Below are positions 1 through 3,867 of a stretch of 5,125 nt of DNA, piece after piece. A model generated the notes under the pieces. The model had not been told where the DNA came from and searched no databases. It saw only the letters and a list, made by a program, of their open reading frames with translations. The stretch is from Candidatus Iainarchaeum sp. (lineage in GTDB: Archaea > Iainarchaeota > Iainarchaeia > Iainarchaeales > 0-14-0-20-30-16). The stretch spans positions 1 through 5,125 of the forward strand of contig JAQTTP010000016.1 in the NCBI GenBank assembly GCA_028710695.1, in the 5' to 3' direction. Position numbers and translations under genes: made by a program. Each line of letters opens with the position of its first letter. Position 1 is the stretch's first letter.

Positions 1-133
1 ATCCGCTCGATTTAAAAGCATCGCTCAGTATTTTCTCCAGAGTACCTACGCCCAAACCTGCCGCACCGCCAATCAAAATAGAGATACTAACTTGATGAGT
101 ACTTTCTGAAAAATCTTTTTCAAATCTTTTCAT
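1..133 (-). CDS. 5' end of an unidentified ORF running off the left edge (44 codons visible, with a hydrophobic Gly/Ala-rich segment)
   Basis: ATG at 133..131. AAGGA at 145..141 lies 7 nt upstream, and the start is 18 nt after the sodB stop codon. My translation is open to position 1: MKRFEKDFSESTHQVSISILIGGAAGLGVGTLEKILSDAFKSSG. It is absent from the supplied track, presumably because it is truncated. No family recognised. Confidence 0.4.
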   Translation of the reverse strand, partial: MKRFEKDFSESTHQVSISILIGGAAGLGVGTLEKILSDAFKSSG

Positions 134-151
134 AAAGATATCCTTGTTTGA

Positions 152-832
152 CTACGACTGCGTACGCTCGTATTCTTGCATAACATCAACATAGTCACAC
201 ACTTCATTGTTATCATTGCATGGCTGCGCGTAGCCGGAGATTGGGTCTTGTTGTGCATCAGCAAGATTATCTGAGACAAATCTCCAGTTGATAAGTCTCC
301 ACCAGCCTTCAAGATAATCAGCTCTACCGTTACGATAATCTATGTAATATGCATGTTCCCAGACATCACAGGTAAGTAATGGTATTTCATCATGACATAG
401 CGGATTATCTGCGTTTGAGTACTCTGCGATGGCAAGATTTCCATCTTTATTCAGAACAAGCCAGACCCATCCTGAGCCAAAAAGAGCCATTGCTTTGGCT
501 AAAAAAAGTTTTTTAAACTCCTCCTCTGAACCAAACGCAGCAATAATCCTATCAGAAAGTTCTACCGAACAAGTCGTAGAATTCCCGGAGAGTCCATTCC
601 AGTAGAAGTCATGGTTAAATACCTGTGCAGAATTATTGAAGATAGCGCCAGCGGAGTTTTTGATGATATATTCTAGCTCTTTATCTTCAAACTCACTGCC
701 TTGGATAAGTGTATTGAGTTTATTGACATAAGTCGCATGATGTTTACCATGATGGTAAGCTATTGTTTCAGACGAAATATAAGGTTCTAATGCTCTATCT
801 TTAAAAGGCAGCGACATGAGTTCAAGTTTCAT
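152..832 (-). CDS. sodB: Fe-type superoxide dismutase (Fe/Mn SOD family) with a ~34-aa C-terminal extension
   Basis: 226-aa ORF. It is collinear with E. coli SodB as I remember it: PFKDRALEPYIS, YHHGKHHATYV, AQVFNHDFYW, FGSGWVWL, DVWEHAYYIDYRN. Gln in the AQxFNH context and FGSGW rather than QGSGW indicate the Fe type. AAGGAG at 844..839 lies 6 nt before the ATG. Confidence 0.95.
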   Translation of the reverse strand: MKLELMSLPFKDRALEPYISSETIAYHHGKHHATYVNKLNTLIQGSEFEDKELEYIIKNSAGAIFNNSAQVFNHDFYWNGLSGNSTTCSVELSDRIIAAFGSEEEFKKLFLAKAMALFGSGWVWLVLNKDGNLAIAEYSNADNPLCHDEIPLLTCDVWEHAYYIDYRNGRADYLEGWWRLINWRFVSDNLADAQQDPISGYAQPCNDNNEVCDYVDVMQEYERTQS

Positions 833-900
833 TTTCTACTCCTTGATCTATAAGTTAATATTATCATCGTAACGGAAAAAAAATTATGTTTTACAAAAAG
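833..900 (-). promoter_or_regulatory. sodB ribosome-binding site and probable promoter region
   Basis: SD AAGGAG at 844..839. There are -10-like hexamers GATAAT (865..860) and TAATAT (863..858) on the minus strand, with a T-rich tract upstream (879..872 on the minus strand). There is no convincing -35. The exact TSS cannot be called. Confidence 0.3.
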
Positions 901-943
901 AATTGAACTAATTGGAGAAAGTTATATTTTCATAACGCTAAGG

Positions 944-969
944 ATGTCGTCCTGAGGGAAGGACGACAT
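944..969 (-). terminator. Perfect 10-bp GC-rich hairpin between nifK and sodB (possible terminator, attenuator or RNA-stability element)
   Basis: ATGTCGTCCT (944..953), loop GAGGGA, AGGACGACAT (960..969). It starts 27 nt after the nifK stop codon. On the minus-strand transcript the stem is not followed by a U tract. The T4 run lies on the plus-strand side, so a canonical intrinsic terminator is uncertain. Confidence 0.4.
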
Positions 970-995
970 TTTGGGAATAAATGAAGGGTTGATAA

Positions 996-1535
996 TTAAC
1001 GAATAAGGTCGAAAAAGTAGTCAGTTGAAGCGATACCTTTTGTATCTTCATCAAGCTTGTCAAGAACTTTGTTCGTGATCCAAGTAAGCAAATTGAGCGC
1101 TCCATCGTATCCGCTAATACTATAACGGTGTAGGTGGTGACGGTCAAATATTGGGAAACCAATATAGATTAATGGAATATTTGTATCTCTCATGAGCTCT
1201 TTACCGTAGCTGTTTCCAATCATGAAATCAACCGGTTGTGTAAAAAGTAATGAACGCATGTGCCATAAATCTTTACCAGCCCATACATGACAATCAGAGC
1301 ACGCAGGAGAAGTATCAAGCATTGCTCTCATCTCATCTTCCCAACCACGAGCTGGATTGTTACAAAGTACATGAGTCGGTTCAGCACCCATCTCTAGTAA
1401 GAATGAAACCATTCCTATTAAAAAGTCAGGGTCACCCCAGATTGCAAACTTTTTACCATGCATATATGGATAAGAATCTTGCATAGCATCTACTAAACGA
1501 CCACGTTCAGTTTTAAGTTTTTGTGGAACTTCAAC
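996..1535 (-). pseudogene. nifK: 3' fragment (C-terminal ~180 codons) of the nitrogenase MoFe protein beta chain gene; the 5' two thirds are missing from this locus
   Basis: Hallmark NifK C-terminal blocks are present: ERGRLVDAMQDS, HGKKFAIWGDPDF, DLWHMRSLLF, DFMIGNSYGK, GFPIFDRHHLHR, and the terminal DYFFDLIR. The frame stays open and NifK-like for 17 codons upstream of the track Met (VEVPQKLKTERGRLVDA, 1485..1535) and then hits TAA at 1538..1536. There is no SD before the internal Met. A vnfK/anfK paralogue cannot be fully excluded by eye. Confidence 0.85.
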
Positions 1536-1549
1536 TTAACTGTAAACAA

Positions 1550-2005
1550 CTATAATTTAATATACATCCATTCATGCTTCTCAGTAGCATAAGAAAATCC
1601 CATAGACTCATAAAAATCAACTAGTATTTTGTTCTCTTTCCCACCATCTGGATACAAAATAAGATAACTCACCCCAATATGTTCTCTGACTTCGTAGAAT
1701 TTTGATACTGAATATTCAAGTAGCAACTGAGAAACTTTGGAGTTATCAAGATGTTCATATGTGTTTGACCTGTAATCATTATTTACAAAAAGTAAATCTA
1801 TCAAGACCACAGGTTTTTTACTCTTTCCTATCATCACTTCAGAAGCTGATAAGGCTATGTATCCGAGTATTCCTCTGAGGATTGAATTTGTATCTCTGAT
1901 GGAGTAAAGTTTCGTGCTGTTATTTTGAGCCGATGATATTGCCTTGGCTAAAAGTGCTTTTTCTCTTTCTGCTTTTTTTGATGTCGCGGCTAAATTCAAC
2001 AGCAT
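1550..2005 (-). CDS. GNAT-fold acetyltransferase resembling TacT/AtaT/KacT-type toxins; probably N-terminally disrupted by a frameshift
   Basis: 151-aa ORF. The layout parallels TacT as I remember it: ILGYIALSASEV (cf. VAGFYSLATGSV), PVVLIDLLFV (cf. PVIILARLAV), EHIGVSYLILY (cf. ENIGVRAIMVH), DFYESMGF (cf. NFYIHHGF), and a short C-terminus MYIKL (cf. LFLRL). The AcCoA-loop Gly residues are not conserved (DNSKVS where HGKGLG is expected). An overlapping ORF starting at 2069 supplies a plausible missing N-terminus (see findings). Confidence 0.7.
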   Translation of the reverse strand: MLLNLAATSKKAEREKALLAKAISSAQNNSTKLYSIRDTNSILRGILGYIALSASEVMIGKSKKPVVLIDLLFVNNDYRSNTYEHLDNSKVSQLLLEYSVSKFYEVREHIGVSYLILYPDGGKENKILVDFYESMGFSYATEKHEWMYIKL

Positions 2006-2076
2006 TTAAAAGCGACCTTTTTTCTGATTTTATTTTAGAAGAGGAGTAAGAGTTGAATTTATACGGCATCTAGAGA

Positions 2077-2226
2077 TTAAGCTGCTTCGGTAATAAACTT
2101 CTTAGCTTTTACCCTTGCTACAAGCTCTTTAGGCACCTTTGCATTAAGCATTTTTTTTGCGTCTTCACCTGTCACATGTGGCGGTGATACTTGAATTACT
2201 TTACCGTTTTCATATTTGAAAGCCAT
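2077..2226 (-). CDS. Small 49-aa hypothetical protein in the antitoxin position upstream of the GNAT gene
   Basis: My translation: MAFKYENGKVIQVSPPHVTGEDAKKMLNAKVPKELVARVKAKKFITEAA, stop TAA at 2079..2077. AAAGGGG lies 6 nt before the ATG (2238..2232). An extended -10 (TGcTAAAAT) lies ~35 nt upstream. It is below the size cutoff of the supplied track. No family recognised with confidence. Confidence 0.45.
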   Translation of the reverse strand: MAFKYENGKVIQVSPPHVTGEDAKKMLNAKVPKELVARVKAKKFITEAA

Positions 2227-2260
2227 TGTAACCCCTTTATTGCAGTTATTTTATGGGTGT

Positions 2261-2294
2261 ATTTTAGCATAATTTGGTTTATGGCGAATTCGCC
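2261..2294 (-). promoter_or_regulatory. Putative promoter of the small ORF/GNAT pair, with a 12-bp perfect palindrome over the -35 position
   Basis: On the minus strand, TG-C-TAAAAT (2269..2261) is an extended -10. GGCGAATTCGCC (2283..2294) is a perfect palindrome 16-18 bp upstream. It overlaps a weak -35 (TTCGCC). Confidence 0.35.
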
Positions 2295-2472
2295 TATTTT
2301 ATAAAATGGTGCTGACACATTTTTCTTATTTATAACGAATGTTAAGAAACCACAGATGGTTGCGTATGTGGTTCCTATTTGAGATGATTGAGATATTTGC
2401 TTGCAGGTTAAAATAAAGTGATGGAGACTTAAGCATCAAGGAAAAGGAAATTCCAAATACCTGACCCCCCTT

Positions 2473-2496
2473 TACTTCTTGTTTTGTACTTCTTGT
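2473..2496. repeat. Two copies of a 10-bp direct repeat TACTTCTTGT with 14-bp periodicity just downstream of the TPR gene stop
   Basis: TACTTCTTGT occurs at 2473..2482 and 2487..2496, immediately after a C6 run (2465..2470). The repeat itself is certain. Its function is unknown. Confidence 0.5.
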
Positions 2497-2514
2497 GTAA
2501 AGTTAAGTTGGAAG

Positions 2515-3858
2515 TTAGTTAATAACTTTAATTATCTTCGCCATAATTTTTCCATTGTTTTGATTTTCTTTAAGTTTAAAAAGCACTTGAGTATTTATGT
2601 TTATATTTTCTATAAAATTTATTATGCTTGGTACGCTAAAATAATAATCTTTATTATTAGAATGCATCCATCCATCTTTGCCTCTTTCATTGTCATTAAT
2701 GATTTTTGTAATAGTTCCAGTGAGTACTTCATTAGTAGTTGTTGGAGTTTTATTTGGAACAAAAGAATGCCAATAAGTTTTTAATTCACCTAACAATTTA
2801 GTCATGTCAACCTCTTCATTTTCTACTACAAGAGAGTGCAATTCGCATAGGTCATTATTTGTCACTTGCCAACCATTTTGCTCTTTAATAGTCTTGACTA
2901 ATAAAAGATGTTTGTAAGATAAATCATTTTGTTTTTTAGTTTTTAAAATTTTGGCAATTAAAGAGATAATACCTATTTTCATCTCTATTTTTCCAAAACC
3001 ATTCATGTTAATAGCTTCGATAGCATACTCAAATGATTTTTGAATATCACCTATCTCAAAATAAAGTTCAGCTAATTCTTTTTTGATAAACCACTCTTTT
3101 TTCTTTCTAAATATTTTTTCCAAACCATCTATTGCACCTTGCATGTCTCCAAGAGCTTTTTTAGATAATGCAATTCTTCTTGCAAACCATAAATCATTAT
3201 TGTAATGGAAATTATGAAGTTTTTCTATAGCATTACTTGAAATTTCAAAACACTCTTGATATTTTCCTAGTTCAAGTAATGCTTTTGTTTGATGTTGATA
3301 CCAGTTTTCCTCATCTGATGCCATCTCCTTATTTTGACCTTTTATCTCAATAGTTGAAACATCTTTACTCAATAAATCAGGATTAAAGATATTGCAAAAC
3401 TCATGAATAAATTTATAATCTTGATTTACTTTCTCTTTTTCTGATTTAAAAGTTAGCCTAAAAATATTTGAGATGATGCTATAAGAGTATTGAGATTTTT
3501 TGCCTATTAAGAGAGGGATAATGGTTTGTACGAGGCTTAAAAATTGGTATTTATTGAACTGTTTACTTTGAACATCCTCTTTAAGTTTATCAAATATTGC
3601 CCACCCATAAGCATTAAGAACCATCTCATGAGTATTTTCATTCATCACAATATTGTACATTTCCAAAAATTTCGGTACTGCTTGAGTATTATTGGTTTTT
3701 CTAAGGGCTGTTAAAATAATCGAAACTAAATAGTTATGTTGCGTTATTTGCATCTGGGTAAATGGCTCTTTATTTATTTTAAAAAATTGCAATATCTCTC
3801 CATATTTTTCTGCTTTTTTGAGTGTAACCATCTCTTGTACAAAATTTTGAAAATCCAT
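2515..3858 (-). CDS. TPR-like helical repeat protein with a C-terminal cold-shock/S1-like (OB-fold) domain
   Basis: 447-aa ORF. The start lies 9 nt after the helicase stop, with AGAGGA in the gap. Three TPR-like units span about aa 186-285: WYQHQTKALLELGKYQECFEISSNAIEKL, LWFARRIALSKKALGDMQGAIDGLEKIF, EWFIKKELAELYFEIGDIQKSFEYAIEAI. The C-terminal ~70 aa follow the CspA pattern: GTITKI..GKDGWMHS..DYYFSV..NTQVLFKLKE..GKIMAKIIKV. Confidence 0.8.
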   Translation of the reverse strand: MDFQNFVQEMVTLKKAEKYGEILQFFKINKEPFTQMQITQHNYLVSIILTALRKTNNTQAVPKFLEMYNIVMNENTHEMVLNAYGWAIFDKLKEDVQSKQFNKYQFLSLVQTIIPLLIGKKSQYSYSIISNIFRLTFKSEKEKVNQDYKFIHEFCNIFNPDLLSKDVSTIEIKGQNKEMASDEENWYQHQTKALLELGKYQECFEISSNAIEKLHNFHYNNDLWFARRIALSKKALGDMQGAIDGLEKIFRKKKEWFIKKELAELYFEIGDIQKSFEYAIEAINMNGFGKIEMKIGIISLIAKILKTKKQNDLSYKHLLLVKTIKEQNGWQVTNNDLCELHSLVVENEEVDMTKLLGELKTYWHSFVPNKTPTTTNEVLTGTITKIINDNERGKDGWMHSNNKDYYFSVPSIINFIENININTQVLFKLKENQNNGKIMAKIIKVIN

Positions 3859-3867
3859 AATTCCTCT

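Noticed and set aside
130-312. 60-aa minus-strand ORF from the track
   Set aside because: It lies in an alternative frame over the 3' end of the well-supported sodB CDS. It has no SD and no recognisable similarity, so it is a shadow ORF.
938-1162. 74-aa minus-strand ORF from the track
   Set aside because: It overlaps the nifK fragment out of frame and runs through the intergenic hairpin. The nifK frame explains the coding signal.
996-1484. The 162-aa track ORF treated as a complete stand-alone gene
   Set aside because: NifK-like translation continues 17 codons upstream of this Met, and there is no SD before it. The fragment also lacks the N-terminal domains. It is better described as a truncated nifK.
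1250-1486. 78-aa plus-strand ORF from the track
   Set aside because: It is antisense to the strongly NifK-like frame, with no start context. It is an antisense shadow.
1920-2069. 49-aa minus-strand ORF (MPYKFNSYSSSKIKSEKRSLLNAVEFSRDIKK...) as an independent gene
   Set aside because: It overlaps the GNAT 5' end out of frame. It is more parsimoniously the displaced N-terminus of the GNAT gene (A7-tract frameshift) than a separate protein. It is reported under findings instead.
2283-2294. EcoRI-containing palindrome GGCGAATTCGCC as a cloning or linker scar
   Set aside because: No vector-like or adaptor sequence flanks it, and it sits at a sensible operator position relative to a promoter. I treated it as native.
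2348-2373. Hairpin AACCACA-12 nt-TGTGGTT as terminator of the helicase-TPR operon
   Set aside because: It has only a 7-bp stem with a 12-nt loop and a weak TCTT tail, and it lies ~140 nt past the stop codon. That is not convincing as an intrinsic terminator.
2326-2436. 36-aa minus-strand ORF in the 288-bp intergenic region (MLKSPSLYFNLQANISIISNRNHIRNHLWFLNIRYK)
   Set aside because: It has no SD, no promoter context and no recognisable family. I also checked it as a possible stray nifK remnant and saw no NifK-like sequence.
2479-2784. 101-aa plus-strand ORF from the track
   Set aside because: It is antisense to the TPR/CSD gene. Its F/I/K/Y-rich low-complexity composition is typical of the reverse strand of AT-rich coding DNA.
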